In this document: positions 37,390 to 46,601 of the stretch, one piece after another
Position numbering within the stretch: the stretch's first letter is position 1
Layout: the number at the start of each line of letters is the position of its first letter
Assembly (NCBI GenBank): GCA_027491915.1
Contig: JAOZGC010000004.1
Location: forward strand, 81,654 to 145,653
Reading direction: 5' to 3'
Source of the DNA: Thermoproteota archaeon
GTDB taxonomy: Archaea; Korarchaeota; Korarchaeia; Korarchaeales; Korarchaeaceae
Length of the DNA: 64,000 nt
Translations under genes and position numbers: made by a program
Notes under the pieces: generated by a model
Database searches by the model: none
What the model saw: only the letters and a program-made list of their open reading frames with translations
Told to the model about the DNA's origin: nothing

Positions 37390-38220
37390 ATGTCCGGCGG
37401 CCTGCAGCTGTCCTTCGGAGCCATGAACAATCCGGAGAAGAGGTTGAAGTCCGACCTCAACCTCCTGGCCGATTTGGATCTGGAATACATTGAGCTTACG
37501 GTGGAGTGGCCAGAATCTAGGCCCGAACTCGTCAGGGAGAACCTCCCCTGGCTGGCCGACTTCCTGGCCGAGCGGGGTCTGGGGATCCTGATCCACACGC
37601 CGTGGTACCTCGAGATAGCATCTCCCTACGCCCCCGTCAGGGAGGGGGCGCTGTCGATCGGCAGGGACATCATCGAGCTGGCCGCCGAGCTGGACTCCCC
37701 CCTGGTGACCTTTCACCCCTACACCCCGGGATGGCTGTCCGGCACCTCCAAGAGGAGGGTGGAGGCCAGGAGGCTCAACGCCTCCTCGATGTCGAGCCTG
37801 GTCGAGATGGGATCCGAGGTCGGAGTTCAGGTCCTGGTGGAGAACGTGGATCACGGGGCCTTCAGCTCGGTCTCCGACCTGGCTTTTCTGTTGAACGAGG
37901 TTCCCCACCTCGGCCTGACCCTGGACATCGGGCACGCCTTCCTGGGGGGAGGGGAGGACAAGCTTAGGTCATACTTCGACAAGTTGGGGGAGAGGGTACT
38001 CCACGTCCACGTGCACGACAACTTCGGTCGGGGGGACGACCACCTCCCGGTGGGGGCCGGCAGGGTTCCCTGGAGGAAGGTGGGAGAGCTCCTGGCCTCC
38101 CTGCCCTACGAGGGAACGGTCACGATAGAGGCGCACGTTCAGGATCGCGAGTACCTGAGGTTCTCCCGCGAGAGGCTCCTCGCGTACTGGCGCCGCTGGC
38201 TCTCGGCGGAGGAGGAGTGA
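37390..38220 (+). CDS. Sugar-phosphate isomerase/epimerase (AP endonuclease 2 TIM barrel)
   Basis: IHTP, TFHP, VEN, TLDIGHA, HVHVHDNFG..DDHLP.G.G, TIE. Confidence 0.88.
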   Translation: MSGGLQLSFGAMNNPEKRLKSDLNLLADLDLEYIELTVEWPESRPELVRENLPWLADFLAERGLGILIHTPWYLEIASPYAPVREGALSIGRDIIELAAELDSPLVTFHPYTPGWLSGTSKRRVEARRLNASSMSSLVEMGSEVGVQVLVENVDHGAFSSVSDLAFLLNEVPHLGLTLDIGHAFLGGGEDKLRSYFDKLGERVLHVHVHDNFGRGDDHLPVGAGRVPWRKVGELLASLPYEGTVTIEAHVQDREYLRFSRERLLAYWRRWLSAEEE

Positions 38221-38311
38221 GAGCCGGGAGGGATGGTGGGGATCCGCCCGGCCCCCCGGCGCCGCGGCTATCCCTAATATAGGCGTCGGCGGCCTTGGGT
38301 GGGGAGGACCG

Positions 38312-39133
38312 TTGAGGGTCTCCTTCGTAGCCTCTACTTCCGACCCGGCGGCCGCCACCATGCTAGACCTGGTGGAGGACAGCCAGGAGCTCGCGGCCAA
38401 GCTCGATCGCTGGGGGCCCCTGATAAGGCTGGACGGTGAGGTCCTCTACTCTGAGGAGCCGGACGAGGTGAGGGAAGAGAGGCCGGACCTCGTCGTGGTG
38501 CTCTCGAGGCACTCGGGCACCCCAGGGAGGCCGATCCTGACGACCCACGTCCCGGGGAACTTCGGCGACGCGCCGTTCGGCGGCGAGCCCAGGAGACTCG
38601 GCGTGGCCGCGCCCCTCTTCATGAAGGCCTTTCTGAGGAGGGCCAGGGCGGAGGCCCCCCCGGGGTACGAGGTCCACATGGAGCCGACCCACCACGGGCC
38701 CACCTGGGACGTCCCCACGGCTTTCGTAGAGGTCGGATGCTCCGAGGAGAACTGGCTGCACCGCCCGGCCGCGGAGTCTGTCCTGAGGTCCGTCGTCGGC
38801 GCCCTGGAGGATCTAGAGTCTCCCGAGTCTAGCGGCCTGAGCGGCGCGACCATCGCGGCCGGCTTCGGCGGTCCCCACATCAACAGGAGGTTCTCCAAGA
38901 TACAGCTCCGATCCGGCGTCGCCCTGGGACACATACTCCGTAAGTTCGACTCTGGATCGGCCGATAGGTCCACCGTCATCCAGTCCATCAGGCGCGTCTG
39001 GCCGAGGAGGGCGAGCTTGGCCGTCGTCGACAGGAAGGGCCTGCCCGGAGAGAGGAGGAGGTGGATCCTTGGGATCCTGGAGGAGGAGGGGGTCGAGGTC
39101 GTCAGGGCCGACAGGATCCCGCTCGAGGACTGA
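38312..39133 (+). CDS. dtdA: D-aminoacyl-tRNA deacylase (archaeal DTD2)
   Basis: SDPAA, LSRHS, THVPGN, EPTHHGP, FVEVG, GFGGPH. Confidence 0.88.
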   Translation: MRVSFVASTSDPAAATMLDLVEDSQELAAKLDRWGPLIRLDGEVLYSEEPDEVREERPDLVVVLSRHSGTPGRPILTTHVPGNFGDAPFGGEPRRLGVAAPLFMKAFLRRARAEAPPGYEVHMEPTHHGPTWDVPTAFVEVGCSEENWLHRPAAESVLRSVVGALEDLESPESSGLSGATIAAGFGGPHINRRFSKIQLRSGVALGHILRKFDSGSADRSTVIQSIRRVWPRRASLAVVDRKGLPGERRRWILGILEEEGVEVVRADRIPLED

Positions 39134-39161
39134 GCGTCCGAGGTATCGCACGCTCTTCCTC

Positions 39162-39482
39162 ATGGATCGGACGGTGCCCCGCGAGCTCTACTACTCGGTC
39201 CAGAGGAGGCTGAACATGATGGGCCTGGGAGCCGTCTGGACGCCGAGGTCCGCGGTCTCCGGGAGGGTCGACCCGGAGGAGCTGGTCGACTACTGCCTGG
39301 CCAGGGGGATCAAGGTGATAGCCACCTTCGACAGGAATTTCAGGCTCCCGACCCGGGCCCGGGGTAGGATAGCCCTGGTCCGGCTGAGGGGGGGTAGGGG
39401 TTCAACCGTGAACAAGGTCATCGCGGCCCTGGCCGGGGCCGCCAGGAGGCTCGAGGGGCTGGAGCCGAGCTCGAGCCTTTAA
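39162..39482 (+). CDS. Small PIN-like (DUF5615/Mut7-C-like) protein; start uncertain
   Basis: (LFL)MDRTVP, DPEELVDYC, IATFDRNF pattern. Confidence 0.55.
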   Translation: MDRTVPRELYYSVQRRLNMMGLGAVWTPRSAVSGRVDPEELVDYCLARGIKVIATFDRNFRLPTRARGRIALVRLRGGRGSTVNKVIAALAGAARRLEGLEPSSSL

Positions 39483-39545
39483 ATCACCGGAGAAAAGATT
39501 ATAGCCTGACCCGACTCCTCCACCGAGGAGGAGGTCCAGAGAGGC

Positions 39546-39863
39546 TTGTTCGGATCTAGGTCTGCCGGAGAGGCGGCCGAAGAAGGTAAAGAAAGGGAGA
39601 TTTTCATAACGAAGATAGTCCTCGATATAGTCAAACCCCACAACCCGAGCATAATAGAACTGGCCCAAGGCCTGGGCGAGCTGAGGGGCGTGGACAGGGT
39701 CGACATATCGGTTCAGGACTACGACAGCAACATAGAGAGGCTCAAGCTGACGATAGAGGGGGAAGACCTGGACTACGAGGAGATAGCCAGGCTCGTGCGG
39801 TACTACGGGGGGAACGTCGCCAGCCTCGACGGGGTGACCGCCCTGGCCAGGGAGGAGGAGTAA
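39546..39863 (+). CDS. DUF211 family protein; start uncertain
   Basis: KIVLDIVKPHNPSIIELA, KLTIEG.DLDYEEI, GGNVASLD. Confidence 0.85.
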   Translation: MFGSRSAGEAAEEGKEREIFITKIVLDIVKPHNPSIIELAQGLGELRGVDRVDISVQDYDSNIERLKLTIEGEDLDYEEIARLVRYYGGNVASLDGVTALAREEE

Positions 39864-39868
39864 GCCGG

Positions 39869-40093
39869 GGGCCGAGTAGACCGGACCTGACCTCAGACAG
39901 GGGTGGCCCTAACCGCTTGGGCAACCCGCCCTCGACCCTGACACTCTCCGAGCCGGGACCTGCGGGTTCGGGTACCCTCAGTCCGAGGTCTCTCGGGTAG
40001 ATTTGTCGCCATCCCGCGCAGTCCAGTCCGGGGGGCGGTCCCATCCCCAGCCCGAGACGCCCCCTCCACCCTTTCAGGCCGAGCGCCCGACCC
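39869..40093 (-). ncRNA. Candidate structured non-coding RNA (~225 nt), class unknown
   Basis: Nested long-range helices with G-U pairs on the minus strand; TTATATA box ~25 nt upstream; no credible ORF. Confidence 0.6.
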
Positions 40094-40105
40094 GAGCCCG
40101 CGCGA

Positions 40106-40134
40106 CCGGGTCGGGTATATAACGCCCGACCCGG
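40106..40134. promoter_or_regulatory. TATA box enclosed in a perfect 10-bp inverted repeat (bidirectional promoter candidate)
   Basis: CCGGGTCGGG-TATATAACG-CCCGACCCGG between the ncRNA candidate and the methylthiotransferase start. Confidence 0.65.
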
Positions 40135-40147
40135 GTCCCCCGGCGGC

Positions 40148-41440
40148 ATGGCCCGCGTGCACATAGAGACCCACGGGTGCACAATGAACAGGAGCGACTC
40201 TGAGATAATGGCCGGGCTGCTCTCGTCGGCCGGGCACGTGATGGTTGGATCCCCGGAGGAGGCGGACGTCGTCATCCTGAACACCTGCAACGTCAAGCTC
40301 CCCACGGAGAGGAGGATGGTGAGGAGGGCCGCGGAGCTGTCCGCCTCCGGAGTCCCCCTGGTGGCCGCCGGGTGCATGGCCAGGACCCAGCCGGACCTCC
40401 TCAGGCCTTACGCGTCGGTCCTCCTGGGGCCGAGATCCTTAATCGACGTGGTATCCGCGGTGGACGCGGCCCTGTCGGGGCGAGAATCCGAATTCTTGGA
40501 GGACAGGGCGCTTAACAAGGCGTCCATGCCGCGGGTCAGGTTGAACCCGACGTCGGCGCCCGTACCCGTCGAGGAGGGCTGCCTCGGCGCCTGCACGTAC
40601 TGCATAACCAGATTCTCTCGGGGCAGGCTGAGGAGCTTCCCCCCAGATGACGTGATCTCGGCCGTTGCAAAGGCCCTGAAGGGGGGAGCCGTAGAGATAC
40701 TGCTCACCGGCGAGGATCTAGGCGTTTACGGGTGGGACCTGGGGATCACGCTCGCCGACCTGCTGGGGGCGATCCTCTCGGAGATTGGAGGGTCATACAG
40801 GATCAGGGTCGGGATGGCCACCCCGGACTCCTTCTCCTCACTCCTTCCGGGGATACTGGACGTTTGGGGGGACGAGAGGGTGTACAGGTTCTTCCACCTG
40901 CCGGTCCAGAGCGGCAGCGACGAGATCCTGGCCGCCATGGGGAGGAGGTACACCTCGGCGGACTTCCTCTCCCTGGCCTCGACCCTGAGGGGGTGGGACC
41001 CCGACTCCTCCATATCGACGGACGTCATAGTGGGATTCCCCGGCGAGGATGGGGAGGACTTCGAGGCGACTCTGAGGCTCTTGGAGTCGGTGAAACCGGA
41101 CTTCGTGAACATGAGCAGGTACGGACCCAGGCCGGGCACCAGGGCGGCCGCCTGGACCCCGCCGCCGCTGTCGGAGGTCAAGAGGAGATCCAGGGAGCTC
41201 CACGACCTGGTCATGGAGATAAAGATGAGGAGGAATGAGAGGCTCGTCGGACGGGAGCTCAAGGTCTTGGTCACCGAGAGGGCCCCCGGCGGTCGCTTTC
41301 AGGCTAGAACGGACTTCTACACCCCAGTCGCCCTGGAGGGGGAGGTTGAGGTGGGGAAGTTCTACCGCGCGGTGGTGGAGGAGGCCAGGAGCAACTACGT
41401 CGTCGCCAGGGTCGTCGGGGGGGCTCACGGCGGGAAGTAA
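40148..41440 (+). CDS. tRNA methylthiotransferase (MiaB-like, probably archaeal MtaB acting on t6A37)
   Basis: THGCTMNRSDSE, NTC, AGC, GCLGACTYC, HLPVQSGSD, DVIVGFPGE, C-terminal TRAM. Confidence 0.9.
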   Translation: MARVHIETHGCTMNRSDSEIMAGLLSSAGHVMVGSPEEADVVILNTCNVKLPTERRMVRRAAELSASGVPLVAAGCMARTQPDLLRPYASVLLGPRSLIDVVSAVDAALSGRESEFLEDRALNKASMPRVRLNPTSAPVPVEEGCLGACTYCITRFSRGRLRSFPPDDVISAVAKALKGGAVEILLTGEDLGVYGWDLGITLADLLGAILSEIGGSYRIRVGMATPDSFSSLLPGILDVWGDERVYRFFHLPVQSGSDEILAAMGRRYTSADFLSLASTLRGWDPDSSISTDVIVGFPGEDGEDFEATLRLLESVKPDFVNMSRYGPRPGTRAAAWTPPPLSEVKRRSRELHDLVMEIKMRRNERLVGRELKVLVTERAPGGRFQARTDFYTPVALEGEVEVGKFYRAVVEEARSNYVVARVVGGAHGGK

Positions 41441-42480
41441 TCGTAGGGATCCCCTTCGACCTCCGGGGGTGCGGACGTTCCCGCGGAAACCATCATCAGG
41501 ACGTAGAGGTTGCTGTAGTAGCCGATGGACTTCCTGCCCAGGGCTTCGCTTCCCAGCCTGACCCCCTCGGCCACCGTCGGCTCGCTTATCGGGCCGGATG
41601 GGGGGACCTCGTACTCGTTGAATCCAGGGTGCATCCGCCACAGGGTGAAACCGAGGTCCGCCGCGAACCCCAAGACCTCAGCCTCCCTCCTCCCCATCTC
41701 ATCCGGCAGGTAGGAGATCACCCCGGCCGATCCCCTCTCCTTGCGCAGGGACTCCCATCCCCTCAGCAGGAAGGTCTCCACCCCCGGGGCGGTGTAGGGC
41801 GGATCGGCGATGAAGAGGTCGAACCTATCCCTGTACTCCCGAGGGAGTGGTTCCCTGAGGTCGGTCCTCGCCACCCGGACTTCCACGCCCAGGGCGTCCG
41901 CGACCTCGCCCGTCAATCCTATCACCCTCTCGTCCAGCTCGAATACTGTAACCTCCGCCCCGGTCGACGCCGCCAGGGGGGCCGCCACGAAATCGTCGTC
42001 CCCCATGACGGCCACCTCCCTCCCCCTGAGGGGGAACAATTCACCTATCAGCCTGATCCTGCGGTTCAGGGTCTCCTCGGTGCACTGCAGCTGGTCCAGG
42101 TTCAGGTCCACCTCTATGGTCGGCCTCTCGAACCTGATCGGAGAGGGCCCGGAGAACCACCGGTCCAGGGGGGTGACCCTACCGTCCTCCGAGAGCTCTA
42201 TGAGTCCCTCCTCCCTCAGGGATCCAGCCAGCCTGAGGGCCTTGTCAGAGAGCATGGGATAGTCCCTTGCCAACTCCCTCACCCCGCCAACCCTAGCCAG
42301 CCTCCAGGCCATTATCTCGAACTCCCTCGGCGACGCCATCGAGTTGTTCCTCCAAGACAGCCTCGCGGCCTCCTCGTCCTTGCCGTAGTGGTCTCGGGCT
42401 ACCCTGACGTTGGCCTCCTCGTCCCACCTGAGGAACCTCCTGTAGGCCCGGAGCATGGCGGCGGTGAGGCCCCCACCCAT
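41425..42480 (-). CDS. bpsA: Branched-chain polyamine synthase (N4-bis(aminopropyl)spermidine synthase)
   Basis: LDQ...T.ET, GDDD, ELDERV, DLREPLP, DPPYT, FNEY. Confidence 0.8.
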   Translation of the reverse strand: MGGGLTAAMLRAYRRFLRWDEEANVRVARDHYGKDEEAARLSWRNNSMASPREFEIMAWRLARVGGVRELARDYPMLSDKALRLAGSLREEGLIELSEDGRVTPLDRWFSGPSPIRFERPTIEVDLNLDQLQCTEETLNRRIRLIGELFPLRGREVAVMGDDDFVAAPLAASTGAEVTVFELDERVIGLTGEVADALGVEVRVARTDLREPLPREYRDRFDLFIADPPYTAPGVETFLLRGWESLRKERGSAGVISYLPDEMGRREAEVLGFAADLGFTLWRMHPGFNEYEVPPSGPISEPTVAEGVRLGSEALGRKSIGYYSNLYVLMMVSAGTSAPPEVEGDPYDYFPP

Positions 42481-42845
42481 CAGACCCCCACCCTCCCCCT
42501 GAGCTCGACTATGTTGTGGGCCGACGGCCTGAGGATCTCCATCAGGACTTCCACGGCCCCCTCCGCCCACTCCCTCTCGGAGAAGGAGACCGAATTCACC
42601 GTGGCATATGAGTGCTCCGGCCAGGTGTGCACGGCCACGTACCCCCTGGTGGTGAGGAGGAAGGCGCTCACGCCGTAGGGTTCGAACTCGTGCACGTGGA
42701 GGGCCCTCACCTCGTCTCCCATCCTGGCGGCCACGGCCTCCAGGGAGGCCCTCAACCTCTCCGGGGAATCGAGGATCGACGGATCCGCCACGTCGTAGAA
42801 CTCCACTATGAGCCTGCTCCCGAGATCCGGCGCGTCCCGACTCAA
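42480..42845 (-). CDS. S-adenosylmethionine decarboxylase homologue lacking the autocleavage site
   Basis: LGSRLIVEFY, HEFEPYGVS and HTWPE retained; E-S-H replaced by R-G-Y; the (T/S)CG Cys is absent. Confidence 0.8.
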   Translation of the reverse strand: MSRDAPDLGSRLIVEFYDVADPSILDSPERLRASLEAVAARMGDEVRALHVHEFEPYGVSAFLLTTRGYVAVHTWPEHSYATVNSVSFSEREWAEGAVEVLMEILRPSAHNIVELRGRVGV

Positions 42846-43519
42846 ATCTCTCCCTCCTCTCCCGGCTCGAACTCCACGACCTCGGCCTCGATCCCCCTGT
42901 CCCTGAGCGCGGCCCTCAACTCCGCCGGGGTCCCCCTAAGGACGGGAAAGGTGCCGTAGTGCATCGGCACCACCTTCCCCGCGCCCAGCAGCTCCACCGC
43001 CTTGGCCGCCTCCCTGGGTCCCATGGTGTAGTGCCCCCCTATGGGGAGCATCGCCACCTCCGGCCTGTACAGCTCCCCCAAGAGGGCCATCCCCGGGAAG
43101 ACGCCCGTGTCCCCGGCGTGGTAGAAGGTGACCTCCCCCGTGGACACGACGAACCCGACCGGAACCCCGAGAGAGGAGCTGTGGAGGGCCTGAGTCAGGA
43201 CTACCTCGGCGCCCCTCAGGCTTACCGGCCCGCCCACGTTCGCCCCGATGGCCTTGGCCCCCTCGCTCTGGGCGTGGTTCGCCAGCTCGAACACGCCCAC
43301 CACCTCGGTACCCCACCTCTTGGACGCCTCTATGGCCTCTACCAGCCCGTGGTCGCCGTGGCTGTGCGTCACCAGCGCGTAATCCACCCCCTCGAGGACG
43401 TCCATCCCGACGTTCCCCTTGGCCGCCGAGGGGTTCCCCTCTATCCAGGGATCCAGCGCCACCTTGAGGCCGGAGCTCTCCACCAGGAACCCCGCGTGCC
43501 CCACGTACTTGACCAACAT
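42842..43519 (-). CDS. UPF0173 metal-dependent hydrolase (MBL fold)
   Basis: GHAGF, DPWI.GNP, THSHGDH, YHAGDT, LPIGGHYTMGP, PMHYGTFP. Confidence 0.9.
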   Translation of the reverse strand: MLVKYVGHAGFLVESSGLKVALDPWIEGNPSAAKGNVGMDVLEGVDYALVTHSHGDHGLVEAIEASKRWGTEVVGVFELANHAQSEGAKAIGANVGGPVSLRGAEVVLTQALHSSSLGVPVGFVVSTGEVTFYHAGDTGVFPGMALLGELYRPEVAMLPIGGHYTMGPREAAKAVELLGAGKVVPMHYGTFPVLRGTPAELRAALRDRGIEAEVVEFEPGEEGEI

Positions 43520-43684
43520 CCTCCGGATCACCTGGCGTCATCCACCGGCCCGCCATAATTTAGGCTAGCCGGCTCCGACCGTTCCCCAGAATAGCCTTAT
43601 ATAGGGTCGGCGGCCGGCCGGAGGAGCGATATTGCGCACGTTAACTCTATCTAATTCCAGCGTGGCGCGGGAGGTCGGTGTCTC

Positions 43685-45391
43685 ATGGGTCAGCGGGTGG
43701 TGGGGAACCTGATATCGGTGGCCGGCAGGGACATACCGATAGGCGGGCCGACGCCGGATGTGAGGGAGGGGGAGACCCTCCTGAGGAGAACCCTGTCCCT
43801 CTGCCCGGATTGCTACAGGCTCCTCCCGGCGATCGTCGTCGAGAGGGAGGGGAAGACCTACATAAGGAGGGTGTGTCCTGATCACGGCGAGATCGAGGAG
43901 ATCTACTGGGGGGACTCAGATTTCTACAAGAGGGCCATGAAGTACGAGGTCCCCCCCATCCGAGTCTCGCCGAACGTCCAGGAGGTCACAGCCCCGTGCC
44001 CCTTCAACTGCGGGCTCTGCCCCATGCACGGCGACATGACGGCGCTAGCCAACATAGTGTTGACGAACAGGTGCAACCTGAACTGCTGGTACTGCTTCTT
44101 CTTCGCCGAAAAGGCCGGATTCGTCTACGAGCCATCCATAGATGAGATAAGGAAAATGGTGAGGGTCCTCAGATCCCAAAAACCGGTTCCCGGCCTGGCC
44201 GTCCAGCTAACCGGGGGGGAGCCCACCCTGAGGGACGACCTGGTAGAGATCGTTAAGATGATAAGAGAGGAGGGGGTAAGACATATACAGCTCAACACCC
44301 ACGGTATAACCTTCCTGGAGAAGCCTGACCTGATGAGGAGGGTGAGGGAAGCCGGGGTCAACACCATCTACATGAGCTTCGACGGAGTCAGCCCGAAGGT
44401 AAACGTGAAGAACCACTGGGAGGTCCCCTACGTGCTGGACATAGCCAGGGAGGCGGGCATGACCAGCATAGTTCTGGTGCCCACCGTCATAAGGGGTTTC
44501 AACACCCACGAGCTGGGGGACATAATCAGATTCGCCGCGTACAACATAGACGTGGTCAGGGGCGTCAACTTCCAGCCGGTCTCCCTGACGGGCCAGGTGC
44601 CCCGTTCCGAGAGGGACAGGATCAGGATAACCATCCCCGACGTGATAAGGCTCATAGAGGAGCAGACCGACGGTCAGATCCCGGTGGAATCCTGGTACCC
44701 AGTCCCCTTCGTCTACGTGATAAGCGAGTTCATAGAGGCCGTAACCGGGAGGCCCCAGTTCAAGATGACCAACCACCCGGTCTGCGGCGCTGCCACCTAC
44801 GTCTTTCCGGAGTTCGAGGGATCGGGATCCGAGAGGAGGATCGGGAGGTTCGTCCCAATAACCGATTTCATAAGGGTAGAGGAGTTCCACGACTACCTCA
44901 GGGAGAAGGTGGAGGACATCAGGCGCGGCTCCAACAAGTACCTCGTCCTGCTGAAGGTGATCTCATCGCTGAGGAAGTTCATAGAGCGGGATAAGCAGCC
45001 CGAGGGGCTCGACATATATGGGATACTCAGGAAGGTCCTCCTCAAGAGGAACTACGACGCGCTGGGCGAGTTCCACTACAAGTCACTTTTCCTCGGGATG
45101 ATGCACTTCATGGACCTCTACAACTACGACGTCCAGAGGGTGATGAGGTGCAACATACACTACCTCAGCCCGGACGGGAGGATCATACCGTTCTGCGCCT
45201 TCAACGTCCTCCCGGATATCTACAGGGACAAGATTCAGAGGGAGCACTCCGTCAGCCTGGAGGAGTACGCCGCGGCGCACGGCCCGGAGTCCGTCGGGGA
45301 GGCGAGCAAGTACAGGAGGGACGTGAAGGCACTGGAATCCGGGGAACCCTACAGGCGCGCCTACGCACCCTTCATGGAGGCCTGGAGGTGA
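43685..45391 (+). CDS. tes: Tetraether lipid synthase (radical SAM, MJ0619/GDGT-MAS family)
   Basis: SLCPDC..CPDHG, CPFNCGLCPMH, TNRCNLNCWYC, TGGEPT, NFQPVS, HPVCG, RCNIHY..PDGRIIPFC. Confidence 0.9.
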   Translation: MGQRVVGNLISVAGRDIPIGGPTPDVREGETLLRRTLSLCPDCYRLLPAIVVEREGKTYIRRVCPDHGEIEEIYWGDSDFYKRAMKYEVPPIRVSPNVQEVTAPCPFNCGLCPMHGDMTALANIVLTNRCNLNCWYCFFFAEKAGFVYEPSIDEIRKMVRVLRSQKPVPGLAVQLTGGEPTLRDDLVEIVKMIREEGVRHIQLNTHGITFLEKPDLMRRVREAGVNTIYMSFDGVSPKVNVKNHWEVPYVLDIAREAGMTSIVLVPTVIRGFNTHELGDIIRFAAYNIDVVRGVNFQPVSLTGQVPRSERDRIRITIPDVIRLIEEQTDGQIPVESWYPVPFVYVISEFIEAVTGRPQFKMTNHPVCGAATYVFPEFEGSGSERRIGRFVPITDFIRVEEFHDYLREKVEDIRRGSNKYLVLLKVISSLRKFIERDKQPEGLDIYGILRKVLLKRNYDALGEFHYKSLFLGMMHFMDLYNYDVQRVMRCNIHYLSPDGRIIPFCAFNVLPDIYRDKIQREHSVSLEEYAAAHGPESVGEASKYRRDVKALESGEPYRRAYAPFMEAWR

Positions 45392-45407
45392 CCCCCCGCC
45401 GCGGGGG

Positions 45408-46601
45408 GTGTCAGAGGTAACCCCCTTCGATCGTGTCGACGCCGTCGTGGTCGGGGCGGGCCCGGCCGGACTGGAGGCCGCGGCGGCCTTGGCCTCCGGC
45501 GGCGTCGATGTCTTGGTGCTGGAGAGGTTCCCGGACCCGGGGGACAACTCCGTCTGCGGGGAGATGATCCCCTCCCCCCGTTCGGCCCGTGAGGTCTACG
45601 GCCCGGATCCGCCGCTGGACGACGTTTACTCCGAATTTCGAGGGGAGATCCTGCTCAACGAGACCAGGTACCTGGACGTCAGGGTTGGGAGGAAGGCCTA
45701 CCTGATACCCTTCGAGAGTTGGGTAATAGACAGGTCGGCCTTCCTCAGGGAGATGGCCGAGAGGGCATTGGAGGCCGGCGCCCGCCTGATCACCCGCGCC
45801 CCGGTACTGGGTGTGGCTATGAGGGAAGGCGTCGAGGTCTCCTTCTCCTCGCGGGGGTCTACCCACCTTCTGAGCGCCGGGTGGCTGTTGGCGGCCGACG
45901 GGATACCTTCGACCGTCGCCAGGGGGATCGGGAGACCGCCCCTGCCCCGGAACCCGGCGGACTTCGCGCTGGCCGTCAACGTCAGGGTCGAGGGATCCAT
46001 GTATCCCGAGGACTCCGTGCTCATGGATTTCAGGCCGGGGGTGGCCCCCGGCGGCTACGCCTGGATAATACCCCGCGGCGGGGGGTCGGCGAACGTCGGG
46101 CTCGGGGTGAGGGCCTCCGAGCTCGACAGAGTGGACGTCGTGGAGGCGCTCGCCGGGTACATTCGGTCATCTCCCTTCCTGAAGGTAGCAAAGATCGTCG
46201 GGGACGTCAGGGGTAAGCTGATCCCCGTGTCCGGCCTGAGGAGGGATCTCCAGATTGGCAAGGTTCTCTTCGTCGGGGACTCGGCGTGGACGTGTCACCC
46301 GGTCAACGGCGGGGGGATAGTCCCGGCGATGGTATCCGGCAGGCTGGCCGCTGAGGCCGTGGTGACCGGATCAGACTATAGCTCCCTGCTCGAGGGCAGG
46401 CTGGGTCGAATGCTCAGGACGGCTCTGGCCTACAGGAGGCTCGCCGACAGGTTCCTCTTCCGCCGCGGGCTGGCCACCCTCTTCTCCCTCCTCCTGACCA
46501 GGGGCCTCGTCGAGAGGGCTATACTATCTAAGGGGGGGCTCCTCTCCCGGTTGGTCGAGCTGGCGGCCGCGCCCGGTCCCACGGGACGAGGGTCGACCTG
46601 A
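45408..46601 (+). CDS. Geranylgeranyl reductase family FAD oxidoreductase
   Basis: VVGAGPAG, CGE, AADG, PGGYAWIIP, ANVGLG, VGDSA, GGGI. Confidence 0.85.
   Translation: MSEVTPFDRVDAVVVGAGPAGLEAAAALASGGVDVLVLERFPDPGDNSVCGEMIPSPRSAREVYGPDPPLDDVYSEFRGEILLNETRYLDVRVGRKAYLIPFESWVIDRSAFLREMAERALEAGARLITRAPVLGVAMREGVEVSFSSRGSTHLLSAGWLLAADGIPSTVARGIGRPPLPRNPADFALAVNVRVEGSMYPEDSVLMDFRPGVAPGGYAWIIPRGGGSANVGLGVRASELDRVDVVEALAGYIRSSPFLKVAKIVGDVRGKLIPVSGLRRDLQIGKVLFVGDSAWTCHPVNGGGIVPAMVSGRLAAEAVVTGSDYSSLLEGRLGRMLRTALAYRRLADRFLFRRGLATLFSLLLTRGLVERAILSKGGLLSRLVELAAAPGPTGRGST

Noticed and set aside
39869-40093. Identification as SRP RNA, RNase P RNA, tRNA or TPP riboswitch
   Set aside because: Only fragments resemble them (UCAGGUCCGG, UGAAAGGGUG, a D-arm-like hairpin, CUGAG..UACCC.GAACC); the defining motifs are missing, so it is left unclassified.
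39893-40237. 114-aa minus-strand ORF across the ncRNA candidate
   Set aside because: Atypical codon usage, spans the TATA box and overlaps the methylthiotransferase; no recognisable domain.
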